A stretch of DNA of 64,000 nucleotides from an uncultured Holdemania sp. (GCA_964368495.1 CAYJAJ010000003.1:776-64775); one strand, 5' to 3'; shown: positions 29,405 through 39,248, numbered from the stretch's first letter. A program made the numbers and translations. The notes: a model not told the origin generated them from the letters alone.

Positions 29405-30420
29405 AAAAAGTTGCCATATTAGGTGGCAGTTTTGATCCTATTCATAATGGGCATATTGAAATTGCAAAAAAAGTACGTAAGGCACTTTGTATTGATGAAG
29501 TCTGGTTTATGCCAGCACTTTTAACTCCATTGAAGGATAGAACTCTTACACCGTTTAAAGATCGATGTGAAATGATAAAACTTGCGATAAAGCCTTATCG
29601 CAAATTTAAGCTGTGTACACTTGAAAAAACACTATCTGTTCCCAATTACACGATACATACTGTAAGAAAGTTAAAGCAAATTAATCCTAAAGTGAAATTT
29701 TATTGGATAATTGGGGATGATCAATATAGTCAATTTAACTCTTGGAAAAACAGTGATGAATTAAAAAAAGATGTACAGATTGTTTGTGTGAAGCGTCATG
29801 ATAAAGTAATAAATGAAGATAATCGTGTTATTTTCTTAAATCATGTAAATCAAATTGAAAGTTCAACTGCGGTTCGTTTTGGGAGTTTTAATCAAGTGTG
29901 TAAAAGTGTAAAAAAATATATTCTTGATAAACAACTTTACATTGATGAAATTGTGAAATCAAAAATGTCTGATAAAAGATATTGTCACAGTATTTCTACT
30001 GCGAAAACATGTGCAAAATTAGCAAAAGCACATGGTGTGGATGTGAAAACTGCTTATTTGTGTGGATTACTCCATGATTATACAAAAGAATTGGACATAG
30101 AAGAGTCAACTAAAATTATGAGTGCATATTTCAAAGATTATTTAAGCAAAAGTAACAAAATATGGCACCAATGGACTGCAAAAATTGTAATTAAGAATAA
30201 ATTAGGGTTAGTGGATAAAAAAATACTCAACGCAATTGGGCAACATTCAACAGGTGAAGGAAATTCAAAATTGTGTAAAATAGTATACATTGCAGACAAA
30301 ATAGAGCCTTTACGTCCATATGATGTATCAAGGTACATGCACGTTAGTCTCAATGATTTAAACGAAGGTGCAAAATTAGTTAAAGAAGATCAAATAAAAA
30401 TACTGAAGAGAGGAAAGTAA
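29401..30420 (+). CDS. nadD: Fused nicotinate-nucleotide adenylyltransferase (NadD) / YqeK HD-domain hydrolase
   Basis: 339 aa in one frame. N-terminal GGSFDPIHNGH ... ESSTAVR (NadD). C-terminal RYCHSISTAKTCAKLA ... LLHDYTKE ... GQHSTGE ... YIADKIEP (HD domain, YqeK). Confidence 0.85.
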   Translation: MKKVAILGGSFDPIHNGHIEIAKKVRKALCIDEVWFMPALLTPLKDRTLTPFKDRCEMIKLAIKPYRKFKLCTLEKTLSVPNYTIHTVRKLKQINPKVKFYWIIGDDQYSQFNSWKNSDELKKDVQIVCVKRHDKVINEDNRVIFLNHVNQIESSTAVRFGSFNQVCKSVKKYILDKQLYIDEIVKSKMSDKRYCHSISTAKTCAKLAKAHGVDVKTAYLCGLLHDYTKELDIEESTKIMSAYFKDYLSKSNKIWHQWTAKIVIKNKLGLVDKKILNAIGQHSTGEGNSKLCKIVYIADKIEPLRPYDVSRYMHVSLNDLNEGAKLVKEDQIKILKRGK

Positions 30421-30424
30421 ACAC

Positions 30425-30763
30425 ATGTCTGAATTATTATCATTAGTTGTAAAAGAAATGGAACAACATCATGCTACTGATTTAAAGGTACTTGATTTTA
30501 AAGGTGTATCACCAGATTATGATTATTTTGTGATTGGAACTGTCTCTAATGTCAGACTTGCATGGGCATTAGTGGATTATGTTCAAGAAGCATTAGAAGA
30601 ACAAGGATATTCTGTAAGAAAAATAGAGGGAGATCGCCAAAGTACATGGATTTTAATTGACTGCTTTGAAGTTGTGATTCATTTGTTTTCAAGTGAAGAT
30701 CGTGCAATGTATGGTTTAGATAAATTATGGGCTGATCGTCCAACAATAAAAGTTGAATTATGA
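30425..30763 (+). CDS. rsfS: Ribosome silencing factor
   Basis: 112 aa. DYFVIGTVSNVRLAWALVDYV ... WILIDCFEVVIHLF. Confidence 0.85.
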   Translation: MSELLSLVVKEMEQHHATDLKVLDFKGVSPDYDYFVIGTVSNVRLAWALVDYVQEALEEQGYSVRKIEGDRQSTWILIDCFEVVIHLFSSEDRAMYGLDKLWADRPTIKVEL

Positions 30764-31464
30764 TTTATGATCGTTTAGCAGTTGTTTATGACGATTTATT
30801 TAAAGATGATAAAGCCACAAAACGTTGGGTAAAATTTGTAAAAGATAGATTGAAAAGCGAAAGTAAGATTCTTGAACTTGCGTGTGGGTCAGGTGAAATG
30901 GCCATTGCACTTGCGAATGAAGGATATTCAATTTTAGCAAGTGATAGCTCAACTATGATGTTAAAACAATTAGAAAATAAACAAAAAAATCGAATCGAAA
31001 CAATGAATTTAGATATGTGTAATTTTAATTTGGAAAAAAGATTTGATGGAGTTTGTTGCTTTTGTGACAGTGTAAATTATTGCGCGTCTATGGATGATTT
31101 TAGAAGCATGTGTCAATGTGCATATCATCATTTAAATAATGGAGGTTATTTCCTTTTCGATATGCATACACCTTATCGCTTAGAAGAGTTTAAGGAAATG
31201 TATATTGAAGAAGGTAAGTGTACAAATTGTCAGTATCAATGGACATTAATTGCACAAGATAGTAGTATTCATCATCACTTTAGTTTCTGGTTTGATGATG
31301 GTAGTTTTCATCAAGAAATGCATGAACAAAAAATATTTAGTTATTTAGAAGTAAAAGATTGTATGAACGAAATAGGATTTGATGTTGAAGTGTTTACTGA
31401 TTTTGATAAATTGGGAATTCATGATGGTGAAAAATATTTTATTGTTGGGAGGAAAAAAACATGA
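30760..31464 (+). CDS. Class I SAM-dependent methyltransferase (YqeM-like)
   Basis: 234 aa. ILELACGSGEMAI motif I. Conserved position after rsfS. Confidence 0.7.
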   Translation: MIYDRLAVVYDDLFKDDKATKRWVKFVKDRLKSESKILELACGSGEMAIALANEGYSILASDSSTMMLKQLENKQKNRIETMNLDMCNFNLEKRFDGVCCFCDSVNYCASMDDFRSMCQCAYHHLNNGGYFLFDMHTPYRLEEFKEMYIEEGKCTNCQYQWTLIAQDSSIHHHFSFWFDDGSFHQEMHEQKIFSYLEVKDCMNEIGFDVEVFTDFDKLGIHDGEKYFIVGRKKT

Positions 31465-32156
31465 TTGCAATTATTGCGGCAATGAGTGAAGAAGTAGATG
31501 CAGTTGTAAGTTTGATGGACGATGCTAAAGAAGAAGTGATTAGCAATTTCAAGTTCAATAAAGGAAAGTTAAGTGGTGCTGATATTGTTGTTTTGCAGTG
31601 TGGAATAGGTAAAGTAGCTGCGGCGTTAGGTACAGCAGTTTTATTTGAAAATTATGAAGTGGAATATGTAATCAATACTGGTGTGGCTGGTGGATTGTTA
31701 ATACAACAAGAAGTACTTGATGTTGTAGTTTCAACGCAAGTTGCTCATCATGATATTGAGGGTCCATTTTTTCCTAAAGGCTATGAACATAATCGATTTG
31801 TATATGATGCAGATAAAACACTTATTGATATAGTAAGTAGTGTAATTAAAGAAAATGATCGAGTGTTTATTGGACCTGTTGCCTCGGGAGATTGCTTCGT
31901 GCATACAAAGGCACAAGTGGAAAAAATCTTAAATGAATACCCAGAGTCAATATGTGCCGAGATGGAAGCTGCAGGTATTGCACAAGTATGTAGGCATTAT
32001 AATAAACCTTTTGTTGTAGTGCGCTCATTAAGCGATGTAGCAACTAAAGAGGGTAATGAAATGCAATATGATAAATTTGTAGTTTTAGCGTGTGAGCGTG
32101 GAGCGAATTGGTGCAAGAAATTTATAGGGGAAATGAAATTGAGAAAACTATGCTAG
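31461..32156 (+). CDS. mtnN: 5'-methylthioadenosine/S-adenosylhomocysteine nucleosidase
   Basis: 231 aa. IAIIAAMSEEV ... GIGKVAAA ... GVAGG ... EMEAAGIAQV ... VRSLSD. Confidence 0.88.
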   Translation: MIAIIAAMSEEVDAVVSLMDDAKEEVISNFKFNKGKLSGADIVVLQCGIGKVAAALGTAVLFENYEVEYVINTGVAGGLLIQQEVLDVVVSTQVAHHDIEGPFFPKGYEHNRFVYDADKTLIDIVSSVIKENDRVFIGPVASGDCFVHTKAQVEKILNEYPESICAEMEAAGIAQVCRHYNKPFVVVRSLSDVATKEGNEMQYDKFVVLACERGANWCKKFIGEMKLRKLC

Positions 32157-32749
32157 AGTGGCTTAGTGAATTATTAAATCAAGTTAGTTCTGTGACATTT
32201 TGGGTAGAAATATTTTCAGCATTTAGGGGGCTAGGGCCAATTGCACCTATTCTATTAGCGCTAATTGAAAGCATTGTGCCGGCATTGCCATTAATGATGA
32301 TTGTTACATTCAACATTGGGGCATATGGGGCGTTTTGGGGCTTTGTGTTTTCATGGATAGGAAATGTTTTGGGTTCGATACTTGTGTTTTTATTTTTTAG
32401 ATTCGTTATTAAAAAGTTAGTCTTGAACTGGTTAATAAAATATCCACCTATTGATAAAGGACTACAATTTGTAGCAAAAGCAAATCAAAGCATATTATTC
32501 TTAGTAGCTATATTTCCGTTTACGCCTAGTTCGATTTTGAATGTGTGCTTTGGATTATCAGACTTTGATAAGAAGACTTACATTATCACTATAGCCAGCG
32601 CAAAAATGTTTATGATTTTCTTTTTAACCCTATTTGGTAACAGTTTTATGATGGCATTTGAGAATCCAATATATTTTGTTGTTTCGATTGCATTATTGGG
32701 GTTGTTGATGTGGATATCACGTTATTTTTCAAAAAAAAGTGGCTTATAG
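32150..32749 (+). CDS. TVP38/TMEM64 (DedA-related) family membrane protein
   Basis: ORF trimmed to the ATG at 32150, which overlaps the mtnN stop. IVPALPLMMI ... GAFWGFVFSWIGNVLGSILVFLFFR pattern. Confidence 0.6.
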   Translation: MLEWLSELLNQVSSVTFWVEIFSAFRGLGPIAPILLALIESIVPALPLMMIVTFNIGAYGAFWGFVFSWIGNVLGSILVFLFFRFVIKKLVLNWLIKYPPIDKGLQFVAKANQSILFLVAIFPFTPSSILNVCFGLSDFDKKTYIITIASAKMFMIFFLTLFGNSFMMAFENPIYFVVSIALLGLLMWISRYFSKKSGL

Positions 32750-32776
32750 TAAATAATTAATGAAAAGTAATTAACG

Positions 32777-32803
32777 AAAGCAGTTTAAATACCTGCTTTT
32801 TTT
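32777..32803 (+). terminator. Intrinsic terminator
   Basis: AAAGCAG-tttaaatac-CTGCTTT followed by TTTT. Confidence 0.75.
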
Positions 32804-32887
32804 GTGCGCTAATTGTTTATTTATAGTATATTTAGTCTTTTTATCATTTTAAAAAAGTGTTACAATTACAAGAAAAAGGAGTTAACT

Positions 32888-34045
32888 ATGAGAAGTGAAG
32901 AGTTTATAAATAAATACAAAGTGGTGAGAAAAAATACTAATTGCATAAAATGGGAAGCGATTAAAAATTACAATGTTGATGATTTATTGCCGATATGGAT
33001 TGCTGATGCAGAATTTAAAACAGCTCCAGAAATATTGAATGCAATGAAGAATGTAGCAGACTTTGGTGTGTTTGGATACATTAGTAATCCAATAAATTAT
33101 ATTGAATCTTTTATTAATTGGGAAAAGAAATATAATTATGAAGTCAATAGTGAATGGGTACGATGTTCTACAGGGGTTTTAAATTTAGTCATTTGGGCAC
33201 TGAAAGCATTAATAAAACCACAGGAGGAAGTTTTGTTGTTAACACCTATTTATCCTCCATTTAGAAATTGCATAGAAGCTGCAGGTGGAACGATTAAGTG
33301 CTTTTGTTTAACGAATAATAATGGATATTACACGATTGATTTTGACGCTCTTGAAAATTATTTAAAACAAAACAACATTAAAGCATTCATTCATTGTAAT
33401 CCGCATAATCCAGTAGGACGTGTTTGGACAATGCAGGAACAAAATCAATTGGTTGCTTTAATGGAAAAATACAACATTAAGATTATTGCAGACGAAATTC
33501 ATCAAGATTTATCATTTGAAAAATTTATTCCTACTGCAATCGCGCTTGATAAAAGATATAGTAAGCGTACAATTACGGTTTCCTCAAACAGTAAAACATA
33601 CAGCATTGCAGGTTGTTCGATTGCACAGGCTATAATTGAAGATGATGAACTAAGAGAAAAGTTTGATTTGATTGTTTCAAAAGTAGTTCAAGCTCCAACT
33701 CCAATTATGAACTTTGCAGCAAGTGAAGCAGGATACAGCGGTTGTGAGGAATGGTTAGAAGGCTTTAAGGATACAATAATGATTAATGAAAAGAAATTGA
33801 TTGCAGCTTTTGAAAATACAAAAGTTGTGATTAGCCCACTTGAAGGAACATATTTGGCTTGGATGGATTTTACTAGAATTGTTGAGCCGGAGAAACTCAA
33901 AGAGAAATTGATTTACGAGGCAAAAATCTTGCCGAATTTTGGGGAAACTTTTGGAGATGAAACTTTAGGTTTCATTCGTTTAAATTTGGCGGTTGATTGC
34001 GATACATTGGATAATGCAATTAAACGTTTAAAAAGTATACTGTAA
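32888..34045 (+). CDS. patB: PatB/MalY-type PLP-dependent C-S lyase (cystathionine beta-lyase family)
   Basis: ORF trimmed to the ATG at 32888 (SD AAAAGGAG). NCIKWE ... LPIWIADAEF ... PIYPPF ... NPHNPVGRVW ... SSNSKTYSIAG (PLP lysine). Confidence 0.7.
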   Translation: MRSEEFINKYKVVRKNTNCIKWEAIKNYNVDDLLPIWIADAEFKTAPEILNAMKNVADFGVFGYISNPINYIESFINWEKKYNYEVNSEWVRCSTGVLNLVIWALKALIKPQEEVLLLTPIYPPFRNCIEAAGGTIKCFCLTNNNGYYTIDFDALENYLKQNNIKAFIHCNPHNPVGRVWTMQEQNQLVALMEKYNIKIIADEIHQDLSFEKFIPTAIALDKRYSKRTITVSSNSKTYSIAGCSIAQAIIEDDELREKFDLIVSKVVQAPTPIMNFAASEAGYSGCEEWLEGFKDTIMINEKKLIAAFENTKVVISPLEGTYLAWMDFTRIVEPEKLKEKLIYEAKILPNFGETFGDETLGFIRLNLAVDCDTLDNAIKRLKSIL

Positions 34046-34070
34046 AAGAAGATTAAGTTCTTCTTTTTTA
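34044..34070 (+). terminator. Intrinsic terminator after patB
   Basis: AAAAGAAG-attaagtt-CTTCTTTT followed by TT. Confidence 0.7.
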
Positions 34071-34335
34071 ATTTTTTAATAAAAAAAGCGATTTTTTAAA
34101 ACTTCTTTTAAATTTGTAGTATGTACTAAAAAAACTAAATATTGAAAGTAATGTGTAAAAATGCAATTTATTTTGTGTATATCATATTGATTACACTGTT
34201 GTGTTTTATAAATATTCAAATTAAACATTATCTAGAAATTATTTAAATGCACAATATTTTGCTGAAAAATGGCATATGACATTTAATATGATTTAGATAC
34301 AATACTTAATATGTGTTCATTTTTAAGGAGGAAAT

Positions 34336-34410
34336 ATGGGGATAATTATAAATCAATCAAGTCAAATGAAATTCACAAACAACACAAAAGTTTTGGTAAT
34401 ATATGATTAG
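34336..34410 (+). CDS. Candidate 24-aa small ORF (MGIIINQSSQMKFTNNTKVLVIYD)
   Basis: Not in the ORF track (below the size cutoff). A near-perfect SD (AAGGAGG) lies 4 nt before the ATG. The ORF ends 21 nt before the HTH-TPR regulator start. Confidence 0.35.
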   Translation: MGIIINQSSQMKFTNNTKVLVIYD

Positions 34411-34431
34411 TGAAGAAGAAGTAGATAAAAT

Positions 34432-35646
34432 ATGCTAAATAATGATCTGGGATTTTATTTAAAAACAGTTAGAATCTTTAATGGAATTACTAAAAAAACT
34501 ATTTGTGAACAATGCAATATCAAAACACAGTATCTTACAAAATTAGAAAATAACACAGAAGCAACTTTTATAGAAAATAGAAAAAAAGAAGAATTATTAA
34601 TGGCTTTAATTAAAAAGCCGAAACTAAATCAAACTACATTACAAAGAAATATGAATTTGGTTAATGAATTTTTTGAAAGCTTTATTGAAGGGGATCAAAA
34701 AAACATGAAAAGAGTTCTTGACCTACTTCAACAAGATAGAACATTATGTAGTAGCAGTTGTTTTTCATATTTTGTATTTGTTAAATTGATTGCAGGTATT
34801 GAATTTAACAACATCGATTATGAATTTGAAGTTTATTATGATGTTGCGAGTAAAACATATACCCATTTAAACGACGAAATGAAAGCGCTTTACTTCGTTG
34901 CGGTTGGAAAGTATGAACGTAGTAGCCTTAATAAAGAGAAAGAATATTATTTTAAAAAGGCGTTAAGTTATACAAATGATGAAAAAATTTGTGGTCTAAT
35001 TTATTATTACTGTTGTTTAAATGATTTGAGTATTGGAAGAAACATTCAAGCTTTTAATCACATAAAAAATGCGAGTGATATATTTCAAAAATCAAACATG
35101 TATATTCGATATGCATCAACTATTTCTGTTTTAGCGCTTATTTATGTAGTGATGAATGAATTTAATGAAGCGATAAGAATATTTAATCAATCAATTAAAT
35201 GCGCGAAAATGCTTAATTTAAACCAAGTACTTGCAGAAAGTTATGAAAACATGGCATGTGGATATATGTTGATGGAGAAATATGAAGATGTAGACAAATA
35301 CTGCTTAGAGGCAATTAAGTATAAAAGTGACAACAAACTTATCTATTTCTATAATAGTTATTCATTGTATAAATTAAACCAAAACAAAAGATGCAATGAA
35401 TGGATTGAAAAAGGATTGAAAAGTGGTCGTGTAGATAATGACTTAATTAAATTATTGAATATTATGAAAGTATTAAACAACAAGCATAAAAATGCAATTG
35501 TATTACTAGAGAAGTTTGTTTTACATAAAAACAAACATATCAATTCAATTAATGCAAAACTTTTATGTAAAGAGTTAGTAAAATTTAAAAGAGATCAAAA
35601 AATGTTTAAAGAGGCATTGTTTTATTTGGAGTGTATTGGTAAATAA
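34432..35646 (+). CDS. HTH (XRE-type) plus TPR-repeat transcriptional regulator, RRNPP-like architecture
   Basis: 404 aa. N-terminal LGFYLKTVRIFNGITKKTICEQCNIKTQYLTKLENN (XRE HTH). The rest is all-helical with TPR-like repeats (e.g. AESYENMACGYMLMEKYEDVDKYCLEAIKY). Confidence 0.6.
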   Translation: MLNNDLGFYLKTVRIFNGITKKTICEQCNIKTQYLTKLENNTEATFIENRKKEELLMALIKKPKLNQTTLQRNMNLVNEFFESFIEGDQKNMKRVLDLLQQDRTLCSSSCFSYFVFVKLIAGIEFNNIDYEFEVYYDVASKTYTHLNDEMKALYFVAVGKYERSSLNKEKEYYFKKALSYTNDEKICGLIYYYCCLNDLSIGRNIQAFNHIKNASDIFQKSNMYIRYASTISVLALIYVVMNEFNEAIRIFNQSIKCAKMLNLNQVLAESYENMACGYMLMEKYEDVDKYCLEAIKYKSDNKLIYFYNSYSLYKLNQNKRCNEWIEKGLKSGRVDNDLIKLLNIMKVLNNKHKNAIVLLEKFVLHKNKHINSINAKLLCKELVKFKRDQKMFKEALFYLECIGK

Positions 35647-35724
35647 ATACACAAATACATAATAGAACTACTTGCAATTTATCACACTTTTTGAGAAAAT
35701 ATTAAAAGATAGAAGGTGTTCATT

Positions 35725-36054
35725 ATGAGTAAAATGTGTAATTTAGATGTTCAGAATATTTTAGATATTGAATTTCATATCGATTTTAAAGGATATTCTG
35801 CAGTTGAAGTTGATCGTTTATTGGATATAGTTATTGAAGATTATCAAATCTATGATGAAAAAATTGCTTCAATGAATGAACAATTTATAGCACAAGAGAG
35901 AGTTATTGCCTCGTTAAAGGCAAAGATTATTGAACTTGAAGGTAAAGCGAAAGCATTTAAAGATACAGAAAATGAACCTGTCTCTCAATTAGATATTATT
36001 AAAAGAATTTCTAAGTTAGAGGAAGCTGTCTACAAGGAAAAAACAATTGATTAA
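35725..36054 (+). CDS. gpsB: Cell cycle protein GpsB (DivIVA-domain)
   Basis: 109 aa from the ATG at 35725. DVQNILDIEFHIDFKGYSAVEVDRLLDIVIEDYQ is the DivIVA/GpsB N-terminal domain, followed by a C-terminal coiled coil. gpsB-rnpB synteny as in Bacillus. Confidence 0.75.
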   Translation: MSKMCNLDVQNILDIEFHIDFKGYSAVEVDRLLDIVIEDYQIYDEKIASMNEQFIAQERVIASLKAKIIELEGKAKAFKDTENEPVSQLDIIKRISKLEEAVYKEKTID

Positions 36055-36398
36055 CATTCGGGTAATCGCTGGCTATTGCTAGAGGAAAGTCCATGCTCGC
36101 ACAATCTGAGATGATTGTAGTGTTTGTGCTAACTTAAAAAATAAGGTTAGGCAGGTAACTGACGGCTGAATGAACTCCTAAGGGAAACTATGGAGAACAT
36201 CTTTAAAAGTGTCACAGTGACGTAGTCTACTTGGAAACTTGTAGAGTGGAACGAGATAAACCCCACAAGCGAGAAACCCAAATTTGGTAGGGGAACTCTG
36301 TAAAGTGAATTGAAATGATACAGGGGCATACTTATTGTATGCAGATAAATGATTGCCACCTTGAAAAAGGGACAAAACATGGCTTATAGAATGTTGAT
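36050..36398 (+). ncRNA. rnpB: RNase P RNA, type B
   Basis: ATTAACATTCGGGTAATCGCTGG...GAGGAAAGTCCATGCTCGCAC...ACAAAACATGGCTTATAGAATGTTGAT. Conserved type-B core sequences. A 10-bp P1 pairs 36050..36059 with 36389..36398. About 349 nt. Confidence 0.9.
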
Positions 36399-36404
36399 GA
36401 ATAA

Positions 36405-36433
36405 AGAGAAAACAGTATGTTTTCTCTTTTTTT
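36405..36433 (+). terminator. Intrinsic terminator after rnpB
   Basis: AGAGAAAAC-agtat-GTTTTCTCT followed by T6. Confidence 0.85.
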
Positions 36434-36566
36434 CATTATTAAAATACCTTTATGCAATATTTATTTAATAAAACTATCGCATATTTTATTAAATTAGTCT
36501 AAAATAAGTGAATACTTTACTTTTATTCCTTGAATGGTATAATATCAATATGGTCGGAGGGAGATA

Positions 36567-37457
36567 ATGAAAAATTTAGGTGAAAAACTAAAATTAAAAA
36601 GAGAATCTTTAGGTATTTCTCTTGAAGAGATGAGCAATAAAACAAAAATTCAACCCCACTATTTAAAAGCGCTTGAATCTGGCGATATTTCTTTGTTTGA
36701 AGAGGATATTGCTTATTTGCGTTATTTTTTGCGATTTTACTGCAAAGTAGTTGAGATAGATTTTGAAGATATCAAAGATGAGTTTAGTGAAATTATGGGT
36801 GAATATAACCAAACATTACAACTTAAAAAACAAAATCCACATGCTGAAAAACAAGCATTGATTGATGCTAGAATAAAGGAGTCAAGAGCTAAGCTTAAAA
36901 TAGAAAAGAAAAAAATAGATTATTCATTAATCTCTCTTATAATGGTTGTTGTACTTGTTGCTGGAATTTTAGTTGCATTTATGTTTACATTTGGTCCTGA
37001 ATTTTTAGCAAATAATGATAATGAAGAAACGACACCTCCTATAATAACGCCATTACCTACAGATGAAACTGGCACTACTGAAACGGATATGGATGTTGAA
37101 GAAGATCCATTAAGTAAACCACTTGATGTAACTGCGTTAGCTGATGGAATAAATTATGAAATAAGAGGTTGGACTGAGGATGAATTAATTTCTATTCGTG
37201 TTGAATACAATGCTGATACATGGATGAAAGTTTTGTATAATGATGTGGCTAGTGATAATCCTGCAAGTAAAATTTATTATCCAGGAGAGAGTATGGAAGT
37301 TTTACAAAAAGCAACTAGTGATTTAAAGATTACACTTCATTTTGGAATGATTAAAGGAAATACAATTTTTATTAATAATGAAGAGTTTACTTTAGCTGAT
37401 AATGCTAAAGATCTTACTAGGGGGCAACAAATCCATTTTGTTTTGAAAGGAGAATAA
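36567..37457 (+). CDS. rodZ: RodZ/YmfM-like HTH membrane protein
   Basis: 296 aa. N-terminal XRE-type HTH (LGEKLKLKRESLGISLEEMSNKTKIQPHYLKALESGD), a single TM and a C-terminal beta-rich domain. Position upstream of pgsA-recA as for B. subtilis ymfM. Confidence 0.6.
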   Translation: MKNLGEKLKLKRESLGISLEEMSNKTKIQPHYLKALESGDISLFEEDIAYLRYFLRFYCKVVEIDFEDIKDEFSEIMGEYNQTLQLKKQNPHAEKQALIDARIKESRAKLKIEKKKIDYSLISLIMVVVLVAGILVAFMFTFGPEFLANNDNEETTPPIITPLPTDETGTTETDMDVEEDPLSKPLDVTALADGINYEIRGWTEDELISIRVEYNADTWMKVLYNDVASDNPASKIYYPGESMEVLQKATSDLKITLHFGMIKGNTIFINNEEFTLADNAKDLTRGQQIHFVLKGE

Positions 37458-37458
37458 A

Positions 37459-38061
37459 ATGAACTTACCCAATAAGTTAACTATTGCAAGAATATGCATG
37501 GTTCCTATTCTTGTATTGATTTATATTTTTCCCTATGCGCAATTTAATATTGATGTGATTAAATTTCAATTTGGTGGAGCTACAGGTGTATCGATATCTT
37601 TAATTAACATCTTTGTTTTAGTAATTTTTTTAATAGCAAGTATTACTGATTATGTTGATGGTTATATTGCTAGAAAACATAATTTAATTACTACATTTGG
37701 TAAATTTGCTGATCCAATAGCAGATAAATTACTTGTTAATACAATGTTTATATTATTTGCATCACAAGGTATTATTCCAGTAGTGCCTGTAATTATTATG
37801 ATTTGCAGAGATATTGTTGTTGATGGATGTCGAATGATTGCAATAAACAATGGAGTTGTTGTAGCTGCAGGAGCGATTGGAAAATTAAAAACGGTTCTTC
37901 AGATGGGAACAGTAATTTTTGTTTTAACTAATAATTTACCATTTGAATTATGGAGAATTCCTTTTACAGATTTCTTGCTTTGGTTTACAGCTTTTGTTAG
38001 TGTTGCTGGAGGAATATCATATTTTAATCAACTAAAAGAATTTATTTTTGAAAGTAAATAG
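37459..38061 (+). CDS. pgsA: CDP-diacylglycerol--glycerol-3-phosphate 3-phosphatidyltransferase
   Basis: 200 aa. LPNKLTIARI ... DYVDGYIARKHNLITTFGKFADPIADK (CDP-alcohol phosphatidyltransferase motif). Confidence 0.88.
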   Translation: MNLPNKLTIARICMVPILVLIYIFPYAQFNIDVIKFQFGGATGVSISLINIFVLVIFLIASITDYVDGYIARKHNLITTFGKFADPIADKLLVNTMFILFASQGIIPVVPVIIMICRDIVVDGCRMIAINNGVVVAAGAIGKLKTVLQMGTVIFVLTNNLPFELWRIPFTDFLLWFTAFVSVAGGISYFNQLKEFIFESK

Positions 38062-38105
38062 GAAAATTGCTTAATTGGTGTATATAGTAAATGTAGGAGG
38101 TTTAT

Positions 38106-39110
38106 ATGAGCACAAAAACAAACAATAAAGACGCGCTATTAGAGGAAGCTTTAAAAGCGATAGAAAAACAATATGGAAAAGGATCAATTATGAAACTAGG
38201 AGATCGAGCTAGTGTAGATATTGACGCAATTAGCTCTGGTTCTATTTCTATTGACTTTGCACTTGGGATTGGAGGATATCCAAAAGGCAGAATTTGTGAA
38301 GTATATGGCCCTGAGTCTTCTGGAAAGACTACTTTAGCTCTTCACGCGATAGCTGAATGTCAAAAAGCAGGAGGTCGTGCAGCATTTATTGATGCTGAAA
38401 ATGCTATTGATCCTACTTATGCAAAAAGACTAGGTGTAAATATCGATGATTTGATTTTATCTCAACCTGATTCAGGAGAACAAGCACTAGAAATTACCGA
38501 AATGTTAATTCGTAGTGGAGCGATTGATTTAATTGTAATTGATTCAGTTGCAGCCCTTGTTCCACAAGCAGAACTTGATGGTGAAATGGGTGATGCTCAA
38601 GTAGGGCTTCAAGCACGTTTAATGTCGAAAGCAATGCGTAAATTGGCTGGAGTTATGAATCGTAGCGAATGTACTGCAATTTTTATCAATCAATTAAGAG
38701 AAAAAGTTGGAATCATGTTTGGAAACCCAGAAACAACTCCTGGTGGAAGAGCACTAAAATTTTATTCTTCAATTCGACTCGATGTTCGAAAAGGAGAAGC
38801 TTTGAAATCTGGAACTGATATTATCGGAAACAAAGTAAATGTTAAGGTAGTTAAAAATAAAGTTGCACCGCCATTTAAAATTGCGCCAATTGAAATAATG
38901 TATGGTGAAGGAATTAGCCATATAGGAGAAGTAATTAATTTAGGAGTTGATTTGGATATTATCCAAAAAAGTGGTGCATGGTTTTCATACAATGGAGAAA
39001 AAATTGGCCAAGGTAGAGATGCTGTTCGACAATTTTTAATCGCAAATCCTAATTTAGATTTGGAAATTACTGCTAAAATTAAAGAAAAACTATTTAATCA
39101 AGAGGCTTAA
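38106..39110 (+). CDS. recA: Recombinase A
   Basis: 334 aa. GPESSGKTT (Walker A), [19 protein letters not shown] and [11 protein letters not shown]. Confidence 0.97.
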   Translation: MSTKTNNKDALLEEALKAIEKQYGKGSIMKLGDRASVDIDAISSGSISIDFALGIGGYPKGRICEVYGPESSGKTTLALHAIAECQKAGGRAAFIDAENAIDPTYAKRLGVNIDDLILSQPDSGEQALEITEMLIRSGAIDLIVIDSVAALVPQAELDGEMGDAQVGLQARLMSKAMRKLAGVMNRSECTAIFINQLREKVGIMFGNPETTPGGRALKFYSSIRLDVRKGEALKSGTDIIGNKVNVKVVKNKVAPPFKIAPIEIMYGEGISHIGEVINLGVDLDIIQKSGAWFSYNGEKIGQGRDAVRQFLIANPNLDLEITAKIKEKLFNQEA

Positions 39111-39125
39111 GCTCTTGATTTTTTT
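39097..39125 (+). terminator. Intrinsic terminator after recA
   Basis: ATCAAGAG-gcttaag-CTCTTGAT followed by T6. The hairpin includes the stop codon. Confidence 0.75.
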
Positions 39126-39248
39126 AATATTAGTGAAATTTATTTCAATTTATCGAACTTATTTTGTATATTCCTTGTGAAAATTATCAAAAAATTGTAT
39201 TATATTAGAGAGTAAATCTCAAAATGATTTTGAATGGAGGAATTGAAA

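Noticed and set aside
36147-36380. Two minus-strand ORFs (77 and 65 aa) from the ORF track
   Set aside because: They lie entirely antisense within the RNase P RNA gene, whose conserved type-B core and P1 pairing explain the region. No SD is present. They are spurious.
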